A stretch of DNA of 64,000 bases, from NCBI GenBank assembly GCA_043816005.1, contig JBDRIM010000041.1, positions 19,509 to 83,508 of the forward strand. The letters run 5' to 3'. The stretch comes from Candidatus Micrarchaeota archaeon. Its GTDB lineage: Archaea > Micrarchaeota > Micrarchaeia > Anstonellales > Bilamarchaeaceae. The translations under genes and the position numbers were made by a program. The notes under the pieces were generated by a model. That model was not told the DNA's origin. It did not search any database and saw nothing but the letters and a program-made list of their open reading frames with translations. Shown piece after piece: positions 37,518 through 48,238 of the stretch; within the stretch, counting starts at the first letter, position 1; each line of letters opens with the position of its first letter.

Positions 37518-39371
37518 TTATAACTTTGTCGAATCTACAAGTGACTGTGAATAACAATGTTCTGGTAACTCAACTAAAAATCTTGAAGGTCGCATTTCAT
37601 TAGATTCATAGAACCTGCCGGTTGATTTTGGATAGCTCATAATTAATTTTTCTTTTGCCCTGGAAGTTGCTACGTAAAACAATCTTCTTTCTTCTTCTAT
37701 GTTAAATGAACGTTCATGAGGTAGAGAGCCATCGGCTAAACCAATGATAAACACGCTGTCCCATTCTAATCCCTTTGCTTGATGGATGGTTGAAAGAATC
37801 AGATTACATTGCGTATTATCCACAGAAGAATCAACATCAAGTGAGAATGCTTCAAGAAATTCACCAATTGACTGATAATGTGACGCAGCACCAACAAGTG
37901 CTTCAATATCTGGTTTTCTTTCCTCAGCATCATCAAATTTTTCTTCCAGATACTGACGGTAGAAGTTTTCATAAAAATTATCAAGCATGAATGCCGCATT
38001 TCCACCTGAAGAATAAATATCTGATATGAGCGAGGAATAAAGTTCGTTTTTACCAATTTTAGCAAGTGCTTTTGGAATCGTAAGCGGATCGGTTATTGTA
38101 TTGATTATTTTGGAAATTGATTTTTCACCAACTTTTGGAAATAGTAGGAATAAACGTGATAATGACTGATGATCACTTGGATTATGATAAACTTTCAATA
38201 AGGAAACCATATCTTTGATGTGACGTTGTTCAAAGAATTTGACTCCCCCTCGCATCTCGTATTTTATCCCACGCCTAGAAAGATCAACCTCTAATTCGCC
38301 AGCAAGATATGCTGCGCGGAAAAGGACACCCACTTTTCTTTTTTCCTTGAGTTCTAATTCAATTAAGTTTGTTATGATATGAGCTTCTTCAATTTTATCT
38401 GTAACTGTCAAAAAGGTGGGGAGATCATTACCATTAGTGATTGCTACGAGTTGTTTTTCCAGTTTTTCTTTGCTATTCGCCATTGTTTCATTGATTAAAG
38501 TTACTATTGGCTTGGTACTGCGATAATTCTTTGTTAAAAAAAATGTTTGCGCGTTATATTTGTCTCTAAATTCTAGAATATTCTTTATGTCAGCACCTCT
38601 AAATGAATAGATGCTCTGTGAGTCATCACCAACAACCATCAGATTTTTTTTGTAAATTAGATCTAATATTGCAGTTTGAAGTTTATCAGTATCCTGGAAC
38701 TCATCCACAAGTATGTTGGTAAAATGGTTTTTGTATTGCTCAGATATTGTTTTATCAGATAGAATAGTGTACGCAAAAAAAAGCAAATCATCAAAGTCTA
38801 CAAGATTTTTACTTTTTTTAAGTTTCTCGTATTTTTTAGCAACGTCAGAGATAGTATCTGTGTGGATTCTCATATGGAAGAATTCTGGTTGCATAACCAA
38901 TTCTTCAATTGATTCCATCTTTAATTTTGAAAGAGAAATGAGTTGTTGAATGCTATTAACTACCCCGCGCTTGACGCTTTCATGATCGTCAAGTATGGCT
39001 TGTTTTAGCAATGACCTTGCATCTTCTTCATCAAGAATAGTAAAGTTCTTCTTAAGGCCAACGTGATTGGCATATTTTTTTACCACTTGGTTTGCAAAAT
39101 AATGAAATGTACCTGAGACAATTTGTCTTGCATTAGCCCCAATAAGATTTTCTGCTCTGTTTTTCATCTCTCTTGCTGCTTTGTTGGTGAATGTGAGCAA
39201 TAAAATGGATTCTGGTCTTTCGCCACGTTCAAGTAGATTGCATAATCGATACACTAGGGTTCTTGTTTTTCCAGAACCAGGTCCAGCAATAACAAGTGAT
39301 GTACCATCCCCATTAATAACAATGTTAAGCTGTTCTTCGTTCAGTTCTTTAGTATAATCCATGTAAGTCAC
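37518..39371 (-). CDS. UvrD/PcrA-family helicase
   Basis: AGPGSGKT, TFTNKAA, VDEFQD, GDDSQSIYSFRGA, TIHQAKGLEW, EERRLFYVA. Confidence 0.95.
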   Translation of the reverse strand: MTYMDYTKELNEEQLNIVINGDGTSLVIAGPGSGKTRTLVYRLCNLLERGERPESILLLTFTNKAAREMKNRAENLIGANARQIVSGTFHYFANQVVKKYANHVGLKKNFTILDEEDARSLLKQAILDDHESVKRGVVNSIQQLISLSKLKMESIEELVMQPEFFHMRIHTDTISDVAKKYEKLKKSKNLVDFDDLLFFAYTILSDKTISEQYKNHFTNILVDEFQDTDKLQTAILDLIYKKNLMVVGDDSQSIYSFRGADIKNILEFRDKYNAQTFFLTKNYRSTKPIVTLINETMANSKEKLEKQLVAITNGNDLPTFLTVTDKIEEAHIITNLIELELKEKRKVGVLFRAAYLAGELEVDLSRRGIKYEMRGGVKFFEQRHIKDMVSLLKVYHNPSDHQSLSRLFLLFPKVGEKSISKIINTITDPLTIPKALAKIGKNELYSSLISDIYSSGGNAAFMLDNFYENFYRQYLEEKFDDAEERKPDIEALVGAASHYQSIGEFLEAFSLDVDSSVDNTQCNLILSTIHQAKGLEWDSVFIIGLADGSLPHERSFNIEEERRLFYVATSRAKEKLIMSYPKSTGRFYESNEMRPSRFLVELPEHCYSQSLVDSTKL

Positions 39372-39883
39372 TTTGAGTTATCATAAACAATTTCATATAA
39401 TTTTTTCTTGATGTTGGTAAATTGATCTAGATTTAGTGGTCTTGGATAAGTTAGTAAATAAAGCGGAACCGGGGATTTTCCTTTGCCATAGGATGGCTGG
39501 ACATAGGGATAATGATTCAATTTAAAACCGAATTGTTCGTAGAATTTTATTCTCAGATACTGTTGCTCGTTTTGGGGTTTTTCAACTTCAAGAATTATGT
39601 TTTGGTACTTATTCATAAATTCGCCTAACATTTTGGAACCAATACCTTGATTACGAAGTTCTTTTTCAACTGCCAAGTGTTCTATGAATATAAATGTACC
39701 AAAATCCCAAAAAGAGATAAAACCTATAACCCTATCTTCAACTGCAGCCATTAGGGAATAGTCTTTTTTGTCAAAAAGCAACAGATCGAGTTCACGTTTC
39801 TCATCAGAAGGAAATGATGTCTCATAAATTAATTTTACTGCATCGAACAAAAATGAATCAGGTGTTATACGTTCGAAATACAT
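39368..39883 (-). CDS. GNAT acetyltransferase
   Basis: HLAVEKELRNQGIGS; FYEQFGF. Confidence 0.9.
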   Translation of the reverse strand: MYFERITPDSFLFDAVKLIYETSFPSDEKRELDLLLFDKKDYSLMAAVEDRVIGFISFWDFGTFIFIEHLAVEKELRNQGIGSKMLGEFMNKYQNIILEVEKPQNEQQYLRIKFYEQFGFKLNHYPYVQPSYGKGKSPVPLYLLTYPRPLNLDQFTNIKKKLYEIVYDNSK

Positions 39884-39904
39884 ATCTTAGTTTTAGCTGG
39901 TAGG

Positions 39905-40327
39905 TTATTTATTATTAAGGAATGTGTGGGCTTTATCTAAAATTTTCTTTGCGTTCTCATATGTTAAGCGTTTTCTTGCCTCACCATAAGATAACCAAAG
40001 AAACTCGGTATGCTCATGTGAAAGATTTATATTTTTGTTTTTTGATCTTGCTAGAAAAAATAGTACATCCTTATGGAATTGTTCTTTGTTTCTTGTATAT
40101 TTGTAGTCAAGAATCTCTTTGAATCCGCCAATAAGATCAAGATCGATAATGCCTGTTTCCTCCTTGACCTCACGCAATGCCGTATTGATTTCACTTTCAC
40201 CAGGCTCTACATGACCTTTAGTAAAATCCCAGTGGCCCTCCACGTAATGCAATAGGAGATATATGCGCGGAAGACCCAACTTTTGTTCCATAAATAGGAT
40301 AATGCCACAGGATTTCTCTTTGATCAT
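39905..40327 (-). CDS. NUDIX hydrolase (Ap4A-hydrolase-like)
   Basis: KGHVEPGES...ALREVKEETG; LSHEH. Confidence 0.9.
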   Translation of the reverse strand: MIKEKSCGIILFMEQKLGLPRIYLLLHYVEGHWDFTKGHVEPGESEINTALREVKEETGIIDLDLIGGFKEILDYKYTRNKEQFHKDVLFFLARSKNKNINLSHEHTEFLWLSYGEARKRLTYENAKKILDKAHTFLNNK

Positions 40328-40406
40328 GATAAACCAAAGGATGGGCAAATTTAAAAACAATGCTAAGCATATGTTAAGGTTATCAATTACGTTTAGGTGT
40401 TATTAG

Positions 40407-40559
40407 ATGGGTAAATTTCCAGAAGCTGATCTAAAACTTGCAGGCATAACTGTTTGTAAGAAATGCAAAACAAGAAATAAGAAAACTGTAAAAATATGCA
40501 GAAAGTGTGGCTCAAAGTATTTGAGACCAAAAAGAAGAGAGATCAGAGCTAAGAAGTGA
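40407..40559 (+). CDS. rpl40e: 50S ribosomal protein L40e
   Basis: Hand translation MGKFPEA...VCKKCKTRN...CRKCGSKYLRPK (below the ORF-track cutoff). Confidence 0.9.
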   Translation: MGKFPEADLKLAGITVCKKCKTRNKKTVKICRKCGSKYLRPKRREIRAKK

Positions 40560-40619
40560 TGAAGTAGTATGAATGGTTCGAGAAAGAGCATTCAGAAACT
40601 TTATAAATCCTTCTCAGTA

Positions 40620-40825
40620 TCATTTCATGGCGAGAACGACGATTCGTTCTTGATTATCGTGAAATGCTTTGCGTTTCACTTCATGGCTTGAAGCAAAGCT
40701 TCAAGATAGTAATGATCGTTGCGACGATCATTCCGTGGCTTGAATGAACTGAGAAGAGTTCATTGATTAGTTTTAATCTTTATCATTTAGGTGAATTCTG
40801 CTTGAACGGCGAACCGTTCAAGTCA
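40620..40825. repeat. Cluster of short hairpins upstream of rps12
   Basis: About six 7-9 bp stems, several preceded by CATGGC/CGTGGC. Confidence 0.65.
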
Positions 40826-40844
40826 TTCACCAACAGGTGAATTA

Positions 40845-41273
40845 ATGAGTAATGGTGAATTTGCAGGAAGAAATGTACAGAGAACGCGCAAGAAGCATAA
40901 GTGGCTCTCTAAAAGATGGAAGAGGCGAACACTCAAATTGAAAGAAAAATTTGATCCTTTAGAAGGTGCGCCACAAGCTAAAGCTATAGTCTTGGAAAAG
41001 GTTGTTTTGGAACAAAAACAGCCCCACTCAGGTTTGATTAAGTGTGTGAAATGCCAACTTCTAAAAAATGGTAAAGTTGTAACTGCACATGCGGTCAGAA
41101 ACAAGGCAATTACTTTCATTGACGAACACGACGAAGTTCTGCTTGCAGGACTCGGTGGTTCACAACGAGGACAGATGGGTTCTATACCTGGTGTTCGATA
41201 CAAAGTTGTAGCAGTAAATAACATCGATCTCCAAATGCTTAGAAAAGGCAAAAAGGAGAAGGCAAAGAGATGA
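40845..41273 (+). CDS. rps12: 30S ribosomal protein S12
   Basis: [28 protein letters not shown]. Confidence 0.96.
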   Translation: MSNGEFAGRNVQRTRKKHKWLSKRWKRRTLKLKEKFDPLEGAPQAKAIVLEKVVLEQKQPHSGLIKCVKCQLLKNGKVVTAHAVRNKAITFIDEHDEVLLAGLGGSQRGQMGSIPGVRYKVVAVNNIDLQMLRKGKKEKAKR

Positions 41274-41277
41274 TTGA

Positions 41278-41883
41278 ATGGATAAATTATTTGGTAAATA
41301 CTCATTGGACAATGTAGTAGTCAAAGACCTAAGTTTGGCACAGAACATCTCACTTACGCCAATCCTTGTTCCACATACATTTGGTAGAAACTCAAGAAAG
41401 GTCTTGGGTAAGACACAAGTAAATGTTGTAGAGCGACTTGCAAACAAGCTCATGAGAGGTGGTACTGGTGAAAAGACCTCAGGTAAGGTCATCAGAACCA
41501 AAGGAAGAATGCAAGGTAAAAAACTTAGGGCTTTGAAAATTGTTGAAAGAGCATTTACTATTGTTGAAGGACAAACAAAAGAAAATCCCGTTCAGGTTTT
41601 AATAAAAGCACTTGAAAACGCTGCTCCAAGAGAAGATGTTACAAGAGTGTCACATGGTGGTGTCAGCTATCAAATTGCAGTTGATGTTTCAGCAACAAGA
41701 AGGCTTGACATGGCTTTGAGAAATATGGCACTTGCTGCTTTGATGGGAGCTTTTAATAAACCAAAATCACTTGCACAGGCACTTGCTGATGAGATTATCT
41801 CTACTGCAAAAGGAGACACGCAAACAAGTTATGCGATCAAAAAACGTGACGAAACCGAACGTATGGCACGATCAGCCAGGTAA
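41278..41883 (+). CDS. rps7: 30S ribosomal protein S7
   Basis: PHTFGR, VERLANKLMR, NAAPRED, ERMARSAR. Confidence 0.96.
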   Translation: MDKLFGKYSLDNVVVKDLSLAQNISLTPILVPHTFGRNSRKVLGKTQVNVVERLANKLMRGGTGEKTSGKVIRTKGRMQGKKLRALKIVERAFTIVEGQTKENPVQVLIKALENAAPREDVTRVSHGGVSYQIAVDVSATRRLDMALRNMALAALMGAFNKPKSLAQALADEIISTAKGDTQTSYAIKKRDETERMARSAR

Positions 41884-42682
41884 ATTTCGGTTTATTTCTT
41901 TAATTTTACTTTTTCTATTTGCAATTACATTAATTGATATGCTAATTATAGAACCGAACAACCTCCTAATTAGGAATAATAATTTTGATATAGAAGGTAA
42001 TTATCAAATTAAGGTTGTTTTTTTCAGTGACATTCATATTGGTCAACAAAGACCAGGATATCTTGAGGACATAGTTACCAAAGTAAATGCACAAAACCCA
42101 GATATTATCCTAATTGGTGGTGATATAATAGACAGGAGTGAAAGCGAACTGGCATTACTAGAACCATTAAAAAATTTAAAATCAAAATATGGAACTTACG
42201 CAGTCCTTGGAAATCATGATTATGGGAATTGGGGTTGTGGTATGCCAACCGGATTAGGGGAAAAGGTTGCAGAAAAATTGAGCGAACTTAAGATCACTGT
42301 ACTTAGAAATGACAATCGGATGGTTACCGCCAATGGGACCAAAATCGCAATAGTAGGTCTTGATGATGCATGGATGTGCCTTGAAGATTATCAAAAAGCA
42401 ATAATTGGACTTGATAATATATCAAAAATTATAGTTGCACATAATCAATTTGCAATGGAAGAGGAAGAAATGGAAGAAAATTTCATTGTTCTGAGCGGAC
42501 ATACGCATTGCAGCCAAATTAGAATTCCAATTTTAAGTGATTTGGTTTTAGAACCATTTTTTGGAAAAATAGGAGGACAATATGCGTATGGTAATGGAAC
42601 GCTTTATGTAAGCTGTGGAGTTGCATCTGGCACGGTGAGATTCCTTGCACCACCAGAAATAAACGTAATTCAACTAGAATAA
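41771..42682 (+). CDS. Metallophosphoesterase (YkuE-like); true start uncertain, probably near or after 41883
   Basis: SDIH, GGD, LGNHD, SGHTH. Confidence 0.85.
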   Translation: MHRHLLMRLSLLQKETRKQVMRSKNVTKPNVWHDQPGKFRFISLILLFLFAITLIDMLIIEPNNLLIRNNNFDIEGNYQIKVVFFSDIHIGQQRPGYLEDIVTKVNAQNPDIILIGGDIIDRSESELALLEPLKNLKSKYGTYAVLGNHDYGNWGCGMPTGLGEKVAEKLSELKITVLRNDNRMVTANGTKIAIVGLDDAWMCLEDYQKAIIGLDNISKIIVAHNQFAMEEEEMEENFIVLSGHTHCSQIRIPILSDLVLEPFFGKIGGQYAYGNGTLYVSCGVASGTVRFLAPPEINVIQLE

Positions 42683-42723
42683 GCGTTCACGTAAACTTAA
42701 TAAACCTTATTTCTGATTGTCAT

Positions 42724-43059
42724 TTGGTGATAATAATGGCTAGAAGCCCTGTAATGGCAGTAGTAATGGCGATTATACCGTTTGTAGGATTGTATCTGTT
42801 GTATAAATGGTTTAGTGAATACAAAGAAGCTACAAAAGCAACGTATAATCCAATTATACAGTTGGTTTTGTGTTGTATTCCGTTGGTAAACTTATTTATA
42901 TTATGGAAGTTTTTTGGTGGTGTTGAAGAAGCAGCAAAGGCAAAAGGTTCTGCGGGATACCCACTTGGAACAACCGTATTATTCATAGTTGGGTTAGTAA
43001 CCGGTATAGGTATGTTATTTATGATTTACAAAACCCAGGAATTAATGAATACATTGTAA
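42724..43059 (+). CDS. Small membrane protein (DUF4234-like)
   Basis: Three hydrophobic segments; Q..MN C-terminus. Confidence 0.6.
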   Translation: MVIIMARSPVMAVVMAIIPFVGLYLLYKWFSEYKEATKATYNPIIQLVLCCIPLVNLFILWKFFGGVEEAAKAKGSAGYPLGTTVLFIVGLVTGIGMLFMIYKTQELMNTL

Positions 43060-43195
43060 TTTTTTCTTATTTTTTATTTTAATCCCCTTAACCTCAGATT
43101 TATATTACTTTCCCATTAGATAAAACTTACTCTTTATGCTAAAGCAAACCAGGTTTGTTTGTAGCGCATTAGATAGATAAACTATAGGTGTAAAT

Positions 43196-45385
43196 ATGGC
43201 GAGAAAAGAATTTGTAGTTGAAGAAGTACAAAGAATGATGGAAGGTATTGATCAGGTACGTAACGTTGCAATCGTCGCTCATGTTGATCATGGTAAGACA
43301 ACATTAACTGATTCTCTTATAGCAAGAGCAGGCCTTATATCAAAAGAACTTGCAGGCGCACAAAGATGGACAGATTTCGATCCTCAGGAACAGGCAAGAG
43401 GAATTACAATTAAATCTGCAGATGTTTCACTTGGCTTCAATTTCGAAGGTAAAGATCACTTGATTAACCTTATTGATACTCCGGGTCACGTTGATTTTGG
43501 TTTTCATGTTGTTCGTGCCATGCGCGCGGTTGATGGTATTTGTCTAGTTGTTGATGCAGTTGAGGGTGTTATGCCTCAAACAGAAACAAATCTGAGACAG
43601 GCACTCAAAGAAAGAGCAAAACCAATCCTTTTCATTAACAAAATTGACAGATTGATAAATGAACTTAAACTTGATTCTGCTGGAATGCAAGCAAGATTTA
43701 TAAAAATTATCACGCAAGTGAACAAAATTATCGAGGCAAATGCACAACCAGAACAAAAAGATGATTGGCTTATTTCAGTAAACAAAGGGAATGTAGCTTT
43801 TGGAACTGCATACAACAAATGGGCAGTTTCAATAAAATCAATGAAAAAATTCAATATAACTTTCCCAGAAATTTACCAACGATGTGTTGATGGTGATCAT
43901 AAATCCCTTGTAGAAAGAAGTCCTTTAGACGAAGTACTTCTTGAAATAATAATTACACATCTTCCATCTCCAAAAGTTGCACAGCCCTACCGTATCCCAG
44001 TTCTTTGGAAACATGGTGATTTGACAACCGAAGCAGGTAAATCCATGCTTTCATGCGATAAAAAAGGTAAATTAATCGGCGTTTGTTTCGGTGTTGTTTA
44101 CGATGAACATGCAGGTGAAGTTGCAGTTATACGATTTTTCTCAGGAACTGTGGAAAAAGGAATGCAACTTTATATTGCATCAAAAAAGATGTATGCTAAA
44201 GTCCAGCAGGTAGGTATTTTTATGGGACCTGATCGTGTTGCTGCTGAAAAAGTGATGGCAGGTAACATAGGTGCAGTTGTTGGTTTGAAAGATGTATACG
44301 TCGGAGAAACTATCTCTGTTGAACCACTAGAACCATTTGAACAAATAAAACACTATTCAGAACCAGTTATTACAAAGTCTATTGAGGTCAAGGAACAAAA
44401 AGACTTGCCAAAATTGATTGAAGCACTAAGAAGCATTTCAAAAGAAGACCCAACATTAAAAGTACAATTGGCAGAAACTGGCGAACACTTGATTAGTGGA
44501 AATGGTGAGCTACATTTGGAAATTATCGAATATAAGATAGTCAATGAGAAGAAAGTTCCGATAATAACTTCAGCACCAATAGTTGTTTACAGGGAAGCTT
44601 TGCTTGGCAAATCACCAGTGGTTGAAGGAAAATCACCAAACAAACACAACAAACTTAAGGTCATGGTTGAACCTTTAGAACCAGCAATCATTCAAGCAAT
44701 TCAGGATAATGTTGTTAAGGAAGGCAGACCAAAAGGAAGAGAGGTTTGGGAAAAGTTTATTGAATTAGGTATGGAGCGTGAAGAAGCGAAGAGCATTTAC
44801 GATATCCACAATGGCAGTGTGTTTATTGATTGTACCAAAGGTATCCAATATTTGAATGAAGTTGAGGAACTTATGATACAAGGTTTCGAAGAAGCACTTG
44901 ATCAAGGACCATTGGCAAAGGAAAAGATGAGCGGGATCAAAGTAAAATTGATTGATGCAACACTTCATGAAGATAATATCCACCGTGGTCCTGCGCAAAT
45001 GATTCCAACTACTAAAAGAGCAATTTATGCTGCTATGCTTACTGCAGGAGTTACGTTGCTTGAACCAAAACAAAAAGTGCTCATAAACACTTTGCAAGAG
45101 TATGCAGGTAGTGTCATTACCCTTACAAACGGAAGAAGAGGACAGCTAGTAGATATGCAACAAGAAGGAGAAAACACTGCGATAACCACCGTCCTGCCAG
45201 TTGCAGAGATGTTTGGTTTTGCCAATGAACTTAGAGGTGCAACACAAGGAAGAGCAATCTGGTACCAAGAATATGGTGGATACCAACCGATGCCAAAGGA
45301 ACTTGTTGCTAAGGTTGTTAGGCAAATACGTGAAAGAAAAGGAGAAAGACCAGATCCACCAACTGCAGCATTCTTTATGGAATAG
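43196..45385 (+). CDS. fusA: Elongation factor EF-2
   Basis: AHVDHGKTT, RGITI, DTPGH, NKID, diphthamide loop LHEDNIHRG. Confidence 0.97.
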   Translation: MARKEFVVEEVQRMMEGIDQVRNVAIVAHVDHGKTTLTDSLIARAGLISKELAGAQRWTDFDPQEQARGITIKSADVSLGFNFEGKDHLINLIDTPGHVDFGFHVVRAMRAVDGICLVVDAVEGVMPQTETNLRQALKERAKPILFINKIDRLINELKLDSAGMQARFIKIITQVNKIIEANAQPEQKDDWLISVNKGNVAFGTAYNKWAVSIKSMKKFNITFPEIYQRCVDGDHKSLVERSPLDEVLLEIIITHLPSPKVAQPYRIPVLWKHGDLTTEAGKSMLSCDKKGKLIGVCFGVVYDEHAGEVAVIRFFSGTVEKGMQLYIASKKMYAKVQQVGIFMGPDRVAAEKVMAGNIGAVVGLKDVYVGETISVEPLEPFEQIKHYSEPVITKSIEVKEQKDLPKLIEALRSISKEDPTLKVQLAETGEHLISGNGELHLEIIEYKIVNEKKVPIITSAPIVVYREALLGKSPVVEGKSPNKHNKLKVMVEPLEPAIIQAIQDNVVKEGRPKGREVWEKFIELGMEREEAKSIYDIHNGSVFIDCTKGIQYLNEVEELMIQGFEEALDQGPLAKEKMSGIKVKLIDATLHEDNIHRGPAQMIPTTKRAIYAAMLTAGVTLLEPKQKVLINTLQEYAGSVITLTNGRRGQLVDMQQEGENTAITTVLPVAEMFGFANELRGATQGRAIWYQEYGGYQPMPKELVAKVVRQIRERKGERPDPPTAAFFME

Positions 45386-45559
45386 TTGCGGAACAACTAT
45401 TCCTGCCATTGTTGCCTTGCAACAATAGCATGGAGTGATTTTTTGTTTGTGAAACCTACGGTTTCACACATCCCTTTTTATTTAATTTTTTTAATTCGAA
45501 TTTTTATTATTCTACAATTTTTTTAATAACCGTGAACTGGAAGTGAGCGCAATAAAAAA

Positions 45560-45898
45560 TTAGATTCGGTTTCTTGAAATCTGTATTTCAAGCCAATTTT
45601 TTACTTCCCCAAATTCTACAGGTTCAACTAAGATGCCTCTGGTTGCCTTACCTTTAACAAAAAATACATAGGTCGGGTACCTTTCAACTTTATAAAAATC
45701 AGCTATTTCCTCAAGATTAACAGCATCAAGACGATAAAATTTGATTTTATCAGCAAATTCATTGGCTAATTTAGATTCAAATTCTTCAGAAATTTTGCAA
45801 TCACCGCACAGAGGTGCATAAAAAACAACCACCGCAGCACGAACGGTTTTTAGTAATATTTTCGGATCTTGATCTATTTCGGTGGTCATATTAGTCAA
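45560..45898 (-). CDS. Thioredoxin-family protein
   Basis: FYAPLCGDC; YPT. Confidence 0.85.
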   Translation of the reverse strand: MTNMTTEIDQDPKILLKTVRAAVVVFYAPLCGDCKISEEFESKLANEFADKIKFYRLDAVNLEEIADFYKVERYPTYVFFVKGKATRGILVEPVEFGEVKNWLEIQISRNRI

Positions 45899-46160
45899 CT
45901 TTTTCTATTACAACAAAAAAAATTAGTAATGCGCATGATTAATTTATTTATACAACGTAAAGGATTGAAATTTGAAATGCAATTCAAGTGTAAACTATCG
46001 CTGATTTCAGACCAACCCAGATTTTTCAAAACATATAATTTGGATTTGTCTTGACGCATTATTGGTTTCTTAGATTTCTTTTTCACAAGTTTCACCAAAT
46101 CGATTATATTTGAAATTTAGATACAAAAGATATTTAACAACTGCCACTGTGAATTTTTTG

Positions 46161-47375
46161 ATGAAATTATTTGATACGATGATTAGAAAGAAACGCGAAT
46201 TTAGACCATTATTAGGAAATAACGTAAGGATTTACACTTGTGGTCCATCTGTTTACGCTTATTCGCATATAGGCAACTTCAGAACATATGTTTTTGAAGA
46301 CATTTTAGTCAGATATTTGATTTACAAAGGGTATCAAGTAAAGCGCATCATGAATATTACTGACGTCGAGGATAAGGCCATATTGTGTGTTAAAAAAGAA
46401 GGAAGAACATTGGAAGCAGTGCAGAAAGAAAAGATTAATGCATTTTTATCGGATTTTAATGAACTTGGCATGTTGAAACCAACAATAATTGCAAAGGCAT
46501 CAGAACATATTGATCAAATGACAACCTTAATAGAAAAAATTTGTAAGAACGGATATTGCAGATACGAAAAGGATGGAGTTTATTTTGATGTTCGTAAATT
46601 TTTGAGATATGGAAATTTGAAACATATTAAGAACAAAAAATACCTTGGTAAGATGAACAAAGATGATTATTCTCGAGAGGGACTGTGGGATTTTAGATTG
46701 TGGAAATTTTGGACTCCGAGGGATGGTAACGTCAAATGGAGAAGTTCTTTTGGAATAGGAAGACCTGGATGGCATATTGAATGTAGTGCAATGGCGATGC
46801 ATTACCTTGGTGATTCATTTGACATACATTGCGGTGGTAGTGATAACATATACCCACATCATGAAAACGAGATAGCACAAAGTGAAAGTGCTTCTGGGGA
46901 AAAATTAGCAAATTTTTGGCTTCATGCTAAGCACCTGACAATAGAAAAAAAGAAAATGTCTAAGAGAACCGGAAATGTGCTTTATGTAAAACAACTCAAA
47001 AAAGCAGGAGTACCACCAAATTGTTTGCGTTTTTATCTGACATCAGAAAAATATAGAAATCCTCTTGATTTTTCAATTGAAAAATTCAAAAGTAAGGTAT
47101 GCGACTGTGAAAAAACAAGAAAACTGATTAAAAAATTAAAAAATATTAGTGGAAGTGGAGGGAGTAAAATTGGGAAAACATATGCAAAAAAGCTCCTCGA
47201 AGGATTTGAAAATGCAATGGATGATGATTTGAACACAAAATTAGCCTACAAAAGAATTTTTGCAGTGATGGACAATGTGGAAATTTTAATTAACGCAAAA
47301 AAATTATCGAAAAAAGATTGTATAGAAATTGTTCGTGCAATAGGAAAAATTGATTCTGTATTGCGTGTTTTCTAA
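46161..47375 (+). CDS. cysS: Cysteinyl-tRNA synthetase family protein
   Basis: YTCGP, HIGN, GRPGWHIECS, HHENE, KMSK. Confidence 0.9.
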   Translation: MKLFDTMIRKKREFRPLLGNNVRIYTCGPSVYAYSHIGNFRTYVFEDILVRYLIYKGYQVKRIMNITDVEDKAILCVKKEGRTLEAVQKEKINAFLSDFNELGMLKPTIIAKASEHIDQMTTLIEKICKNGYCRYEKDGVYFDVRKFLRYGNLKHIKNKKYLGKMNKDDYSREGLWDFRLWKFWTPRDGNVKWRSSFGIGRPGWHIECSAMAMHYLGDSFDIHCGGSDNIYPHHENEIAQSESASGEKLANFWLHAKHLTIEKKKMSKRTGNVLYVKQLKKAGVPPNCLRFYLTSEKYRNPLDFSIEKFKSKVCDCEKTRKLIKKLKNISGSGGSKIGKTYAKKLLEGFENAMDDDLNTKLAYKRIFAVMDNVEILINAKKLSKKDCIEIVRAIGKIDSVLRVF

Positions 47376-48193
47376 TTTTGTATTTCAGCAAGTGATTTTG
47401 CATATTTGTGTGGTCTAAAGAAATCACCGTTTTTAGGTGGATTTTCAGCTGTTAATCTTAATGTTTCTTTTGAATCAAATTTTTCATTAACAGCATCAAG
47501 TAAATTTTTTCCTAAGACGTATGGGAATAAATTTGAGCATGCCCAAGCAGAAAAAAGACCAAGAACCAGATCTATTGAATTGGCAGCTATTGGTCTTTGA
47601 ATAAAAATAGTTATGAGACCAACAGACATAGAACCTAACGTAAGTGCAAGTATAGCCTCAAAATTACATGAAATTTTAAATTTAAGTCTTTCAAAAAATG
47701 TAAAATCTTTTTCATTATCTCCAGCAAGCTGTTCACAAAATTTAGCTCTGCCTTCAATAAGAGAGAGGAGCCGGAATTTTGCTATTTTATATCTCAACGA
47801 CGCTAATGGTCGCTTAAACGTTGTTAGAGCTTCCAAACGATCAACTTCATCAATAAGTTCACGGATTCTGATATTAGCGGAATCTGCACTATGAGTTGCT
47901 TCGTGTAAAACCATCACCGTACCCGTATTCTCTTGAATATGAAATTGCCCCGTAGTTAGGCTACAAAATGCTCCTGGAAATGGACTGCACCGATAAAGCA
48001 TTTTTATCAATGCTAATGAAATTTTTCCTGATCCATTACCTTCTTCAGCTTCAACACGAGCATGAATCAAAGATGCTTTACTATGATGTGTGATAATTTG
48101 ATGTTGCTCAATTTGAAGGTCTAACTTAGCAAGTGCATTACGTACCCTATCTATTTTTGGAGGGATTTCTCTACATCTAAATAATTGAGCCAT
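47372..48193 (-). CDS. Hypothetical membrane protein with HExxH motif
   Basis: LHEATH...IEGRA; two hydrophobic segments. Confidence 0.55.
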   Translation of the reverse strand: MAQLFRCREIPPKIDRVRNALAKLDLQIEQHQIITHHSKASLIHARVEAEEGNGSGKISLALIKMLYRCSPFPGAFCSLTTGQFHIQENTGTVMVLHEATHSADSANIRIRELIDEVDRLEALTTFKRPLASLRYKIAKFRLLSLIEGRAKFCEQLAGDNEKDFTFFERLKFKISCNFEAILALTLGSMSVGLITIFIQRPIAANSIDLVLGLFSAWACSNLFPYVLGKNLLDAVNEKFDSKETLRLTAENPPKNGDFFRPHKYAKSLAEIQN

Positions 48194-48238
48194 TATAATA
48201 CATATATTATCACAACAGTATTTAAATGTAATGATTAG

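Noticed and set aside
40620..40825. CRISPR array
   Set aside because: Units are not identical repeats with unique spacers, and there are no cas genes in the window.
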